Positions 1 to 9,673 of a DNA stretch of 64,000 nucleotides are shown piece by piece (within the stretch, counting starts at the first letter, position 1; each line of letters begins with the position of its first letter). The translations under genes were made by a program, and so were the position numbers. The stretch is from the NCBI GenBank assembly GCA_039923855.1, contig JBDTBW010000014.1, positions 15,522 to 79,521 of the forward strand, read 5' to 3'. The notes under the pieces were generated by a model. It was not told the origin of the DNA. It saw nothing but the letters and a program-made list of their open reading frames with translations, and ran no database searches. The DNA comes from Rhodanobacteraceae bacterium. GTDB taxonomy: Bacteria > Pseudomonadota > Gammaproteobacteria > Xanthomonadales > Rhodanobacteraceae.

Positions 1-1094
1 TTCTGTAGCTGCGCTTCCAGCCCTATCCACAGCGGCATGCGCACCAGCCGGTCGCTGATATCGTCGGTAATGGCCATCGTTGAAGCAACGCGGCCGAATT
101 TGATTCCCGCCGGTGCGGAATGCAGAGGGATGTAGTGAAACACCACGCCGATATCGGCAGCCTTCATCCCGGCGATAAAATGCGTTCGCTGCTCCAGATC
201 ATTGAGCAGCAGATAAAACATGTGCGCGTTGTTCGTGCAATCCGCGGGGAGGACCGGACGGCGAAGCAGGCCGCGTGATTCCGGCGCTCGAGCCCATTCA
301 TCATAACGCCGCCAGATCGCCAAACGCCGCTCGGTTATCTCGTCGGCTTGCTCCAGTTGCGCGGCGAGAAACGCAGCGAGAATGTCGCTCGGCAGATAAG
401 ACGAACCCAGATCGACCCAGGTGTACTTGTCGATCTGGCCACGAAAAAACTTGCTGCGGTTGGTGCCTTTTTCGCGGATCACCTCCGCGCGCTCGATGAA
501 ACGCGGGTCATTGAGCAACAGCGCGCCGCCTTCGCCGCAGATCACGTTCTTGGTTTCATGGAAGCTCAGTGCGGCGAGATGGCCGATGCTGCCAAGTGGC
601 CGGCCCTTGTACGTGGACAGAATGCCTTGCGCTGCGTCCTCGACCACGAACAGCCCGTGCTTGTCGGCAATCGCCATGATCGCGTCCATCTCGCAGCCTA
701 CGCCGGCATAATGCACCACGCAGATCGCTTTGGTCTTCGGTGTGATCGCCGCCTCGATCAGCGTTTCATCGAGATTGAGCGTGTCCGGCCGGATGTCCAC
801 GAACACCGGCACCGCGCCGCGCAGCACGAATGCGTTGGCGGTCGAGACAAAGGTGAAAGAGGGTATGATCACCTCGTCGCCCGGCTGCAGATCCAGCAGG
901 ATCGCCGCCATTTCCAGCGCCGCCGTGCACGAGTGCGTCAAAAGCGCTTTCTTGCAACCGATGCGCTGCTCCAGCCACGCGTGACAGCGTTTGGTGAACG
1001 GGCCGTCGCCCGAAAGATGGCCGTTGGCGTGCGCTTGCGCGATGTACTCGAGTTCGCGCCCGGTCATGTACGGTTTGTTGAAGGGGATCCGCAT
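1..1094 (-). CDS. DegT/DnrJ/EryC1-family PLP aminotransferase (WecE-like nucleotide-sugar 4-aminotransferase); 3' end cut by the window edge
   Basis: Own translation of the minus strand from the ATG at 1094: MRIPFNKPYMTGRELEYIAQAHANGHLSGDGPFTKRCHAWLEQRIGCKKALLTHSCTAALEMAAILLDLQPGDEVIIP... This is a typical WecE/DegT N-terminus. It is absent from the ORF track because it runs off the window. The 348..1274 + ORF is its antisense shadow. Confidence 0.85.
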   Translation of the reverse strand, partial: MRIPFNKPYMTGRELEYIAQAHANGHLSGDGPFTKRCHAWLEQRIGCKKALLTHSCTAALEMAAILLDLQPGDEVIIPSFTFVSTANAFVLRGAVPVFVDIRPDTLNLDETLIEAAITPKTKAICVVHYAGVGCEMDAIMAIADKHGLFVVEDAAQGILSTYKGRPLGSIGHLAALSFHETKNVICGEGGALLLNDPRFIERAEVIREKGTNRSKFFRGQIDKYTWVDLGSSYLPSDILAAFLAAQLEQADEITERRLAIWRRYDEWARAPESRGLLRRPVLPADCTNNAHMFYLLLNDLEQRTHFIAGMKAADIGVVFHYIPLHSAPAGIKFGRVASTMAITDDISDRLVRMPLWIGLEAQLQ

Positions 1095-1097
1095 GTC

Positions 1098-1961
1098 TCA
1101 GGAATCCTTGATGGCAACGACGAGACGGGAGCCGCCGACAGGAAGCTTCATTCCCGTGGACAGCAAGGCGTATTCGGCGCGCAGAACGGCGGCGAGGCCG
1201 GTATTGGCGGCAGCACCGACGCGCATTTCACGGAGCGGATCATCGCCGGTTTTACGCATGGTCCATCGAGATAAGGCCAGTAGCGGCAACAACAACGATA
1301 TGAAAGATGTCGTGTAAAGAATACGGAACCCGCAACCGCGCAACTTGCTCTCCAGCTCATGACGCCGATAGCGGCGCACATGACAGGCCATTTCGTCCTG
1401 ATGACTCCACAGGAACGGATGTTGCGGCACCGTCAGGATCGCGCCGCCGTCGATTTTAAGCGCGCGGTGGATTTCCTTCAGCACACCGACATCGTCCTCG
1501 ATGTGCTCGACCACATCGAAAGCGCCGATCAACTCGAATTCGTCCACGTAGGGGATGCGCGTGGCGTCCATTTGCATGAGATGCGCTTGCGGCAAGCGTT
1601 GCCGAGCGAATTCGAGACCTTCGACGAACAGTTCCGAGCCATGCAGCCGCGCATTCGGAAATGCTGCGCCCATGGCCCTCAAAACCTGGCCGGTACCACA
1701 GCCTATCTCGAGAAATGATTTGGCGTCCGGGAAATGGTTGCGCGTGGCGCGCACGATCAGGCGGTTTCGGGCCTGAAACCAAAAGTTGCGATCTTCCAGA
1801 CGCGCCAGTTCAGCGTAGATCTGCGGGTTATAGCCTTGGCCTTGTTGAGCACTACCGGGCGCGTACAGATCAAATCCGTCTTTCGTTTCGATTCGCGCGC
1901 CGCAAGCCACACATACAGAAGTGCTCTGCATCGGAGCGCAACAGCGCGGGCATAGCCTCAC
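1098..1961 (-). CDS. Class I SAM-dependent methyltransferase with an N-terminal zinc ribbon
   Basis: CPRCC...CVACG cysteine pairs at the N-terminus. SAM motif I LEIGCGTGQ, then DVVEHIEDD. 4-nt overlap with the upstream gene (1958-1961). Confidence 0.8.
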   Translation of the reverse strand: MRLCPRCCAPMQSTSVCVACGARIETKDGFDLYAPGSAQQGQGYNPQIYAELARLEDRNFWFQARNRLIVRATRNHFPDAKSFLEIGCGTGQVLRAMGAAFPNARLHGSELFVEGLEFARQRLPQAHLMQMDATRIPYVDEFELIGAFDVVEHIEDDVGVLKEIHRALKIDGGAILTVPQHPFLWSHQDEMACHVRRYRRHELESKLRGCGFRILYTTSFISLLLPLLALSRWTMRKTGDDPLREMRVGAAANTGLAAVLRAEYALLSTGMKLPVGGSRLVVAIKDS

Positions 1962-2323
1962 GCCATCCCTCCCACGATCAAACCGATAACGACCAATGTC
2001 AGTCCGGCAACTTTCGGCCAGGTGATCGCCTCACCGAAAAAAAGGTTGGCGAAGATCGCCACCAGGATGAAATTCAAAGCCATGAATGGATAAGCCTTGC
2101 TCAATTCCAGCCTAGTCATGGCCCCGATCCAGCATACGGCCGCAAGCAATGCCGCGAAAAGTGCGCTGATGACCCAAGGATTGAGCAACAAACGCAGTAC
2201 GAATACGAATTTCGCGGAGGGATCATGCGGCAGCGCGCCCGCTTGCAGCACCTGCCATTTGATCGCGATCTGGCCGTAGACGGTGAAAAGGATGGTCAAC
2301 AGCACCAACAAATAGCTCATCAT
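1958..2323 (-). CDS. Small 4-TM EamA/SMR-like membrane protein (ArnE/ArnF-like candidate flippase subunit for a polyprenyl-P-aminosugar)
   Basis: 121 aa, almost entirely hydrophobic helices. Its size and its position between sugar-modifying genes resemble ArnE/ArnF. Confidence 0.6.
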   Translation of the reverse strand: MMSYLLVLLTILFTVYGQIAIKWQVLQAGALPHDPSAKFVFVLRLLLNPWVISALFAALLAAVCWIGAMTRLELSKAYPFMALNFILVAIFANLFFGEAITWPKVAGLTLVVIGLIVGGMA

Positions 2324-2351
2324 GGAAGACGGTCTCCGCTATCGGGTTCGC

Positions 2352-3392
2352 TCATGGGGTGACGAACTGCGCCATACCGCAGATTTTCCCTGTCACATCA
2401 TGCAGTGTGGCGGAGCAAAACGCGTGGTCCGGAAGGTGCGCGCGCTCGTAGCGTCTGACGCGCACGAGGTATTCGGCCTCATTTTCCAGTTCATCGAGGA
2501 TCGTTGCGAAACATTCTTCGGTCCCGGTTTTGGTCGAGCCTTGCCGCTCACGTTGAGTCGAAAGAGCCACAGCCAGGAAACGTGTCATCGCCTGTCCGCG
2601 CAGGAGTTGGCCGCTGTCCGCATCGGATAGCGTCACCGTCTGCGTGGCACCTGTGCGGTCCAGGTCGAGGAGTGCGTTGACATGAAACGTATCGAAGACC
2701 TCGGCGAAAACGAATCCTTCGCGGACCCAGACGCGCTGTACCGGGAGATTGCCGATCTGGGTTGAAATTTTTAGGGTCCGGTAGCCGCGCTCGCAAAAAT
2801 AGCGCTGCGTATATCGGATCAGATCCGTGTAGATTCCGCTGCCCGAACAATCCGGATGCACACCGTGGAGCACGCCTTGGCAGACACGGGTCGCCGGATC
2901 GAACGTGCTGCAGGCAATTCCGGCGACGTGGCCGTTTGCGCGCGCGACCCACGCGATCTGGTGATCGCCTTCGAGGTGGTTCAAGGCCCATTCGCAATAG
3001 CCATCCAGCACGGCCGCGCGGTCGAGCATCGGATTGGCGTGATAGTGATTGGGATAGTCGGCAAACACCGCCTTGACCAGTTCGATGATTGCCTGGGTGT
3101 CGCTAGGACCCGCCGGGTCGATGGTTCGTAGCGGGTCCCTCAATGGCCGGGTTTCGCACTCCTGCAAGTGGCATTCATAACTGACCAGCGTATCCGCATG
3201 AATCGGATGCAGCCCGAAGCGCTGGATGCTTCTTATCTCCTCCGACTCGCGGGTTGGCAGACGCAGAATCGCCAAGTCGACGCGCTGGGCGACGATCTCC
3301 TCGAACAGCGCATTGACATTGATACCGGACAACACCGCGCGGAAGGTGCGCATGTCGAAGCGAGCCGATTCGCTCGGCGAAAAAGTCAGCAT
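2352..3392 (-). CDS. GNAT-family N-acyltransferase (WecD-like layout) with an unassigned ~100-aa C-terminal extension
   Basis: Central segment IAWVARANGHVAGIACS...GSGIYTDLIRYTQRYFCERGYRTLKISTQIGNLPVQRVWVREGF fits a GNAT acyl-CoA-binding core. It overlaps the GT2 gene by 7 nt. Confidence 0.6.
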   Translation of the reverse strand: MLTFSPSESARFDMRTFRAVLSGINVNALFEEIVAQRVDLAILRLPTRESEEIRSIQRFGLHPIHADTLVSYECHLQECETRPLRDPLRTIDPAGPSDTQAIIELVKAVFADYPNHYHANPMLDRAAVLDGYCEWALNHLEGDHQIAWVARANGHVAGIACSTFDPATRVCQGVLHGVHPDCSGSGIYTDLIRYTQRYFCERGYRTLKISTQIGNLPVQRVWVREGFVFAEVFDTFHVNALLDLDRTGATQTVTLSDADSGQLLRGQAMTRFLAVALSTQRERQGSTKTGTEECFATILDELENEAEYLVRVRRYERAHLPDHAFCSATLHDVTGKICGMAQFVTP

Positions 3393-4354
3393 GCGCTGCT
3401 GCCTTTTTCCTGTGCGCCGGCCTCCGGAAGATTCAGGTATTCATCTACCGCGTAGTAGGGGCGGCTCTTGATGTCGTTGAACACACGGCCGACGTACAAA
3501 CCGACCATGCCGACACAGGAAATGATAATGCCGCCCAGCAGCCAGATTGAGGCAATGATGCTGGTATAGCCTGCCACCGCCACATTTCCGTGCAGATAAC
3601 GGTAGAGACTGAACAAGACAAGACAAAAGGCCGCAACGGAAAATGCTAAACCCAGCTTGGCCAGAAGACGCAACGGTTTGTCTGAATAGGAAAGGACGAT
3701 TTCCAGCGCCATGCGCAGCAGTTTGCCGAACCGATAGGTGCTTTTGCCTACAGCACGTTGCGCATGCGCAGTGGGCAAGAGTGCGATGCGGTAGCCGGCC
3801 CATCGCACCATCAGCGGGAAAAAACGCACCCGTTCCGGCATGGCATTGACCTTGGCGATCGCGCGCGCGCTGAATATGCCGAAGTTGGCCGTGCTGGCGT
3901 CGTAAGCCGTGCCGGTCAGATAACCCAGCATCCAATAAAACCCTTTCGAGAAAAAGCGCTTTGTCCACGCGTCTTGCCGTTCTAGGCGCTGAGCGAACAC
4001 CAAGTCGTAACCTTCATTGGCCTTGGCGTATAGAGCGGCAATTTCCTCGGGGACATCCTGCAGATCGCAGTCCATCACCACAACCCACTCGCCATGAGCA
4101 TGTTCCAGTCCGGCGCTGATGGCGTAATGTTGCCCGAAATTTCGGGCCAACCGGATACCCAAGATACGCGGATCGCGACCGGCCAGTTCGCGGATGCGTT
4201 GCCAGGAGCGATCCGGGCTGGCATCGCAAACCAGAATGATTTCGGAGGTCTTGCCAAGCTTGGCGACTGCGCTCAAGACGCGGTCGCAAAGCTCTTCCAG
4301 ACAGCCTTCGCAGCCGTACACTGGCGAGACGATGGAGAAAAAAGGATGCGGCAT
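3386..4354 (-). CDS. Family-2 glycosyltransferase, polyprenyl-phosphate sugar transferase type (ArnC/GtrB/DPM1-like)
   Basis: SIVSPVYGCE N-terminus, DCDLQD (DxD) motif, two C-terminal TM helices. The ATG at 4354-4352 shares ATGA with the stop of the upstream synthetase. GTG at 4360 is the ORF-track alternative. Confidence 0.85.
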   Translation of the reverse strand: MPHPFFSIVSPVYGCEGCLEELCDRVLSAVAKLGKTSEIILVCDASPDRSWQRIRELAGRDPRILGIRLARNFGQHYAISAGLEHAHGEWVVVMDCDLQDVPEEIAALYAKANEGYDLVFAQRLERQDAWTKRFFSKGFYWMLGYLTGTAYDASTANFGIFSARAIAKVNAMPERVRFFPLMVRWAGYRIALLPTAHAQRAVGKSTYRFGKLLRMALEIVLSYSDKPLRLLAKLGLAFSVAAFCLVLFSLYRYLHGNVAVAGYTSIIASIWLLGGIIISCVGMVGLYVGRVFNDIKSRPYYAVDEYLNLPEAGAQEKGSSAC

Positions 4355-6312
4355 CAGCACGGATCCAATTCGTGGCGGCCATAAAAATGTGCCAGCGCCC
4401 CCGGATTCGCCAGCGCGTCGGCGTTCTTCACCGGCTCGCCGTGGATTGCCGCGCGCACGGCAAGTTCGCTGATCTTGCCGGAGATCGTGCGCGGGATGTC
4501 GGCAACTTGCAGGATAATTGCGGGCACGTGGCGCGGGGTGGTGTTGTCGCGGATTTGTTTTTTTATTCTTTCGCGCAGCGGATCATCCAGCGCCGCGTTC
4601 TCGCGCAGACGCACGAACAGCACGATGCGCTCATCATTTTGCCAACGCTGGCCGACCACGACCGATTCCAGCACTTCCGACAATTGCTCGACCTGGCGGT
4701 AGATTTCCGCGGTGCCGATGCGCACGCCGCCGGGATTGAGCGTGGCATCCGAGCGGCCGTAAATGATCACGCCGTCGTGGGCGGTGAGTTCCGCGCGGTC
4801 GCCGTGGCACCACACGCCCGGCACTTTCGAGAAATACGCGGCATGATATTTTTCGCCGTCCGGGTCGCTCCAGAACGCTACCGGCATCGACGGAAATGGC
4901 GCGGCGCAGGACAGTTCGCCGGGCTGTTCGCGCACCGGCTTGCCGTCCTCGCAGAGGATTTCGACCTTCATGCCGAGGCCGCGGCATTGCAGTTCGCCGC
5001 GATAAACGGGCAGCAACGGATTGCCCAGCGCGAAGCAGGAGACGATGTCGGTGCCGCCGGAGATCGACGACAGCAACACGCGCTCTTTCACGTCTCGGTA
5101 AACGTAGTCGAAACTCTCCGGCGACAGTGGCGAGCCGGTGGAGAGGATCGTCTTCAGCGCGGTGAGCTTGTGGGTCTCGCGCGGACGGACGCCCATTTTC
5201 GCCGTGGCGTCGATCCACTTGGCACTGGCGCCGAACACGCTGATGCCGACTTCATCGGCGAGATCCCACAGCGATTTGCCACCGGGCCACGTCGGCGAGC
5301 CGTCGTACAGCACCACCACGGCGCCCACCGCGAGTGATGAGACCAGCCAGTTCCACATCATCCATCCGCAAGTCGTGTAATAAAAAATCCGGTCTTCGCG
5401 TTTCAAATCCGTGTGCAGCACCAATTCCTTCAAATGCTGCAACAAGGTGCCGCCGGCGCCGTGCACGATGCACTTGGGTACGCCTGTGGTGCCGGACGAA
5501 TACATGATGTAGAGCGGATGCTCGAACGATGTTGACTCGAACTCGATCGCGTGTTCGCCGTCGCCGGCGAAATCGTGCCAGCTCACCGCATCGCGCAAGC
5601 CGTCCAGTTGCAGCGTGTCGCCGGAATAGGGGATCACCACGCAGCGCTCGATCGATGGGATCGCGTCGAGCACCTCGCGCATCTTGGCCTGACAATCATG
5701 ACGCTTGCCGCCGTAAGCGTAGGCGTCCGCGCAGAACAGCACCCTGGGTTCGATCTGGCCGAAACGGTCGAGTACGCCTTGCACGCCAAAATCCGGCGAA
5801 CACGAGGACCAGGTCGCGCCCAATGACGCCGCAGCCAGCATCGCAATCACGGTTTCCGGAATGTTGGGTAGAAAGCCGGCGACGCGATCGCCCTTGGTCA
5901 CGCCGCTTTGTTTCAGTGCGTACGCGATCCTGCCGACTTCGCTGCGCAATTGCGCGTAGGAATATTCGCGCGCGTGGCCCCATTCGTTGCGGAAGATCAG
6001 CGCGGGTTTGTCGTCCTTGAAGCGCAGCAGGTTCTGCGCGAAGTTGAGCCGCACGCCCGGAAACCATTGCGCGCCGGGCATCTTGTCGGCATCGACCAGC
6101 ACCGGCTCGAACTCACCGGTGGCGCGCACGCCGCAGAACTTCCACACCAGCGGCCAGAATTTTTCCGGATGGCAGGTCGAGAAGTCGTACAGCGACGGAT
6201 AATCCACGATCGATTCGTCGGCCTGCTCGCGCGCGAAACGCAGGAAGCGGCTCAAGTTGGCGCGCTCGATACGTTCGGGCGAAGGTTGCCAGAGCGGGGA
6301 GTCGACGGTCAT
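4354..6312 (-). CDS. aacS: Acetoacetyl-CoA synthetase (acetoacetate-CoA ligase, AMP-forming)
   Basis: About 650 aa. [27 protein letters not shown]-terminus and [17 protein letters not shown]-binding motif. The ORF-track extension up to 6417 runs into a REP element, so I start at the ATG at 6312. Confidence 0.85.
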   Translation of the reverse strand: MTVDSPLWQPSPERIERANLSRFLRFAREQADESIVDYPSLYDFSTCHPEKFWPLVWKFCGVRATGEFEPVLVDADKMPGAQWFPGVRLNFAQNLLRFKDDKPALIFRNEWGHAREYSYAQLRSEVGRIAYALKQSGVTKGDRVAGFLPNIPETVIAMLAAASLGATWSSCSPDFGVQGVLDRFGQIEPRVLFCADAYAYGGKRHDCQAKMREVLDAIPSIERCVVIPYSGDTLQLDGLRDAVSWHDFAGDGEHAIEFESTSFEHPLYIMYSSGTTGVPKCIVHGAGGTLLQHLKELVLHTDLKREDRIFYYTTCGWMMWNWLVSSLAVGAVVVLYDGSPTWPGGKSLWDLADEVGISVFGASAKWIDATAKMGVRPRETHKLTALKTILSTGSPLSPESFDYVYRDVKERVLLSSISGGTDIVSCFALGNPLLPVYRGELQCRGLGMKVEILCEDGKPVREQPGELSCAAPFPSMPVAFWSDPDGEKYHAAYFSKVPGVWCHGDRAELTAHDGVIIYGRSDATLNPGGVRIGTAEIYRQVEQLSEVLESVVVGQRWQNDERIVLFVRLRENAALDDPLRERIKKQIRDNTTPRHVPAIILQVADIPRTISGKISELAVRAAIHGEPVKNADALANPGALAHFYGRHELDPC

Positions 6313-6355
6313 GCGCGAAGACGATGAAAAACGATCGGCCGATTGTAACGGATGC

Positions 6356-6545
6356 CGCGAGTGACCCCCTCCCTGACACTCCCCCGCTGGGGGAGGGGAT
6401 TGTATTGGCGCTTTCACGGGGTGAAGTGCAATCGTGAATGGCTTTGTTTACTCCTTCCCCAGCGACATATCTGTCTCTGCGGAGTTGGATGCGGTTCTTT
6501 GCTCCTTCCCCCAGCGGGGGAAGGTTGGGATGGGGCGCTTTGGTA
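6356..6545. repeat. Two REP-like GC-rich palindromic units
   Basis: CTCCCCC-GCT-GGGGGAG at 6379-6395 and CCTTCCCCC-AGC-GGGGGAAGG at 6504-6524, followed by TTGGGATGGGG. Same family as 15293, 26168 and 26240. Confidence 0.75.
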
Positions 6546-6655
6546 TGCGCATCCGTATCCGTGGAAGCCAAATTCTTTCACGCGCATTCGGCCGCGTTCA
6601 CCCCGGCGCATCGCGTGCGATGCTATAAAGCGATGGATTCTTTCCGCGCCTTTCG

Positions 6656-8905
6656 ATGCCTTCCATGTCCAAACGTCTGCTCACCGCCGCGATGCTTCTG
6701 CTGACGGCCATCGTGCTTTCCGCTTCCGCCGCGACCAGCACCACGTCGTCTTCCGCCACCCCGACCCTGTTCAGCGTGGGCGGCGCGCCGCAGTCGCTGG
6801 CCGGCGGCGCGCAGAAACTGTATCCCGTCGCCATCGACGAGAACCAGGCGTTCAACGCGATCTTCAAGGGCGGCATGTGGTTGCCCAATCCCGATGGCGG
6901 CCGCGAATACGCGAAGTACGATCATCACCTCATCCACGACAACGGCGACTGGACCTGGGTCGGCAAGGTGCCGACCACGCACGGCGATCAATCGGTGGTG
7001 ATCACCTTCGGCAAGGATGCGGTGTTCGGCCTGATCCCGCAGGCGAGCGGTTATCCCTTGCGCGTGACAACAGCGCACGGACGCACGCTGCTGCTGCAGA
7101 CGTCTGGCGAGATGCTGGGCCGCTCGCCGACCGCGCTGTCATTGCGCGCGAACCAGGATTTCATGATTCCGCCCCGGCGCGCGCGTGGCGCGGCATTGTC
7201 GTCCGGAGTAGCGGTCACGGCTCAATCGTCGGCGCAACAACAAACCGCGTCGCCGACGATCGATGTCATGGTTGCTTACACCGCCGGATTCGTCAGCGAA
7301 TACGGCAACGTGTCAGCGGCGCTCACCCGCATCGACAATCTGATCGACGTCACCAATCAGGTGTACGTGGATAGCCAGGTCAACCAGCAGATCCGGCTGG
7401 TGCACACCGTGCAGGTGAATTATCCGGACAACACTTCCAATACCAGCGCGCTCGACGACATTACCGGCAGCGACGGCACCAACCCTGTGCCGATCCCGGC
7501 GTCGTTGCAGGCGATCGCGGGCCTGCGCACGCAATACGGCGCGGATCTGGTCAGCGTCGTGCGCCGTTTCGACAACGCCGCCGATGGCGGCTGCGGTATC
7601 GGCTGGCTGATCGGCGCCGGTCTGCAGCAGATCGTGCCCTCGCAGGACAACGCCTTCGGCTATTCGGAGGTCAGCGACGGCAGCGACGCGGGCTTCTACT
7701 GCCTTGATTCCACCTTCGCCCACGAACTGGGCCACAACATGGGCAATGCGCACGATCGCGCGCACGCCGACAAGGACAAGAACGGCAACCCGACAGCCGG
7801 CGCGTATTCGTATTCGTTCGGTTATCTGGGAAACGGCGTGGACGGATTCTCGACAATCATGGCCTACGGCAGTGCCTCGGATACCCCGTTGGATCTGTTT
7901 TCCAACCCGAACATCTCGATCTGCCAGAACTCGCCGTGTGGAGTGGCCGACAATTCACCCAGCTCCGCCGACAATGTTCACAGCATGAACAATACGGCCG
8001 CGTTGATCGCGCAGTTCGAGCCGACGAAGGTCGTATCGACTTACATCGTCCATAACGATGTCAATGGCGATGGAAAATCGGATCTCTTCTGGTACAACCA
8101 GAGTAATCTGATGACCTATTGGCTGATGAATGGGCCCAGCAGGTTGTCGTATCAGGCATTTACAGTCCCAAGCGGTTACCGGCCGATCGGGAGTGGGGAT
8201 TTCGATGGTAATGGCCATGCGGACATATTGTGGAAAGCTGCGTCTGGCGGTCTTGAAATGTGGCTGGATGATGGGCAGGCTTTCACGCCGCAATATGTTC
8301 GCCCTTATCCCAATGGTTGGGTGTTGATCGGAGTGGGTGACGAAAATGGCGATGGCAAAGCCGATTTATTCTGGTACAACCCGAGTACGGGACAGGTGAC
8401 CTGTTGGCTGATGAACGGAGCGACGCTATTACAGTACCTTTCGTTCTCGACCAGCCCCGGATTGCAACCGCTCGCGGTTGGAGATTTTGACGGAAACGGA
8501 AGCGCCGACATTTTGTGGAAGACGCCGTCCGGCGCCATGTATATTTGGCTGTTCAATGGCACGTCATTCACCTATTACAACATCGGGACGTATCCTTCGG
8601 GTTGGGTGCTGGCCGGGGTTGGCGACGAGGATGGCGATGGCAAGACGGATCTGTTCTGGTACAACCCGACGAGCGGGCAGATAACCTATTGGCTGATGAA
8701 TGGCGAAACCAGAATATTGTTCAGGGCATTTGTCACCAGCCCCGGACTCCAATCGCTTGGTACTGGTGACTACAATGGGGATGGACACTCGGATCTTCTT
8801 TGGAAGACTTCGTCCGGCGCCATGTATATGTGGCTGTTCAATGGAACGTCATATACGTATTACGGTATCGGTGCATATCCTGCAGGGTGGATACCGATTC
8901 CATGA
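6656..8905 (+). CDS. Secreted zinc metalloprotease (metzincin/reprolysin-like) with a C-terminal FG-GAP/VCBS repeat propeller
   Basis: Signal peptide MSKRLLTAAMLLLTAIVLSASA. HELGHNMGNAHD (HExxHxxGxxH). Six alternating repeats of type DxNGDGKxDLFWYN / GDFDGNGxADILWK. The start could be 6656 or 6665. Confidence 0.85.
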   Translation: MPSMSKRLLTAAMLLLTAIVLSASAATSTTSSSATPTLFSVGGAPQSLAGGAQKLYPVAIDENQAFNAIFKGGMWLPNPDGGREYAKYDHHLIHDNGDWTWVGKVPTTHGDQSVVITFGKDAVFGLIPQASGYPLRVTTAHGRTLLLQTSGEMLGRSPTALSLRANQDFMIPPRRARGAALSSGVAVTAQSSAQQQTASPTIDVMVAYTAGFVSEYGNVSAALTRIDNLIDVTNQVYVDSQVNQQIRLVHTVQVNYPDNTSNTSALDDITGSDGTNPVPIPASLQAIAGLRTQYGADLVSVVRRFDNAADGGCGIGWLIGAGLQQIVPSQDNAFGYSEVSDGSDAGFYCLDSTFAHELGHNMGNAHDRAHADKDKNGNPTAGAYSYSFGYLGNGVDGFSTIMAYGSASDTPLDLFSNPNISICQNSPCGVADNSPSSADNVHSMNNTAALIAQFEPTKVVSTYIVHNDVNGDGKSDLFWYNQSNLMTYWLMNGPSRLSYQAFTVPSGYRPIGSGDFDGNGHADILWKAASGGLEMWLDDGQAFTPQYVRPYPNGWVLIGVGDENGDGKADLFWYNPSTGQVTCWLMNGATLLQYLSFSTSPGLQPLAVGDFDGNGSADILWKTPSGAMYIWLFNGTSFTYYNIGTYPSGWVLAGVGDEDGDGKTDLFWYNPTSGQITYWLMNGETRILFRAFVTSPGLQSLGTGDYNGDGHSDLLWKTSSGAMYMWLFNGTSYTYYGIGAYPAGWIPIP

Positions 8906-8945
8906 GACGGACTACTCAATAATAGATTAAAGAGTAAGTATTTGA

Positions 8946-9659
8946 TTATAGAAAAATAAAATTGATATGGTGATTTGAATCGGCCGATGGGTCGTTGCAC
9001 TTGCGCAGCCGACCTTCATCGCAAACATGCGATATATATCCCATTGACGCCAGCCAATCATGTAGGGCAACGAATGACTCCGGCGTATGCCGCTGATGAT
9101 CGATCTCGACCAGCAGTTTTGGATGAGATGTTTCAATGGTTTTGTGCGCGCCCCGCAGCATGGCGGCTTCAAAACCCTCGACATCGATCTTGATGAAGTC
9201 AACACGGGGAAACGCAAAGCTATCCAATGTGCGCACCTTGATATCCCGCGATACGGACTCTCCAGATGGACGATCCAGCGATGCCCGGGTCAGCACCGCG
9301 TGGCCATGGATGATGGGGATATAAATACGCAGCAGACCCGACGTATCGGAGAGCGCGAAGCTATGCACGATAATCTTGTCTGACTTGTAGGCTTGGATAT
9401 ATCGGCAGCACTCGATAAGCGGTTCAAAGCAATGCACGCTCGTTGCGATATTCGCCAAGGCATAAGCATAGACGCCGCGATTCGCTCCCACGTCCAAAGC
9501 CACGTCGGACCGCTTTACGAGGTCCGCGAGCAACGCCATTTCTGGTTCGAGTCCGCCGACGAGGCGTTGTCCGTGATAGCGCACTGGCAACCGCCAGCGG
9601 GGTGGAACGATCCCTTCGGCGAATTGGATTTTTTTTGCAATTGAACTCAGCAATGGCAT
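8946..9659 (-). CDS. FkbM-family methyltransferase
   Basis: ALDVGANRGVYA motif and FIKIDVEGFE motif, typical of FkbM. The gene and its 3' flank are visibly AT-richer than the neighbours. Confidence 0.8.
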   Translation of the reverse strand: MPLLSSIAKKIQFAEGIVPPRWRLPVRYHGQRLVGGLEPEMALLADLVKRSDVALDVGANRGVYAYALANIATSVHCFEPLIECCRYIQAYKSDKIIVHSFALSDTSGLLRIYIPIIHGHAVLTRASLDRPSGESVSRDIKVRTLDSFAFPRVDFIKIDVEGFEAAMLRGAHKTIETSHPKLLVEIDHQRHTPESFVALHDWLASMGYISHVCDEGRLRKCNDPSADSNHHINFIFL

Positions 9660-9673
9660 TGGCAGTTGTCGTC

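Noticed and set aside
348-1274. Long ORFs antisense to, or out of frame with, recognisable genes. Examples: 348..1274 +, 4372..5337 +, 18581..19783 +, 19702..21102 -, 36620..38005 +, 41205..42812 -, 52639..53778 +, 56036..57748 -, 23868..24941 +.
   Set aside because: Their translations are Arg/Ala/Gly/His-rich low-complexity sequences with no motifs. Each lies opposite a gene with clear family signatures. These are typical shadow ORFs of GC-rich DNA.
7098-7105. A perfect AGACGTCT met box inside the metalloprotease CDS.
   Set aside because: It is a single isolated 8-mer within coding sequence. MetJ needs at least two tandem boxes, so this is likely a chance occurrence.
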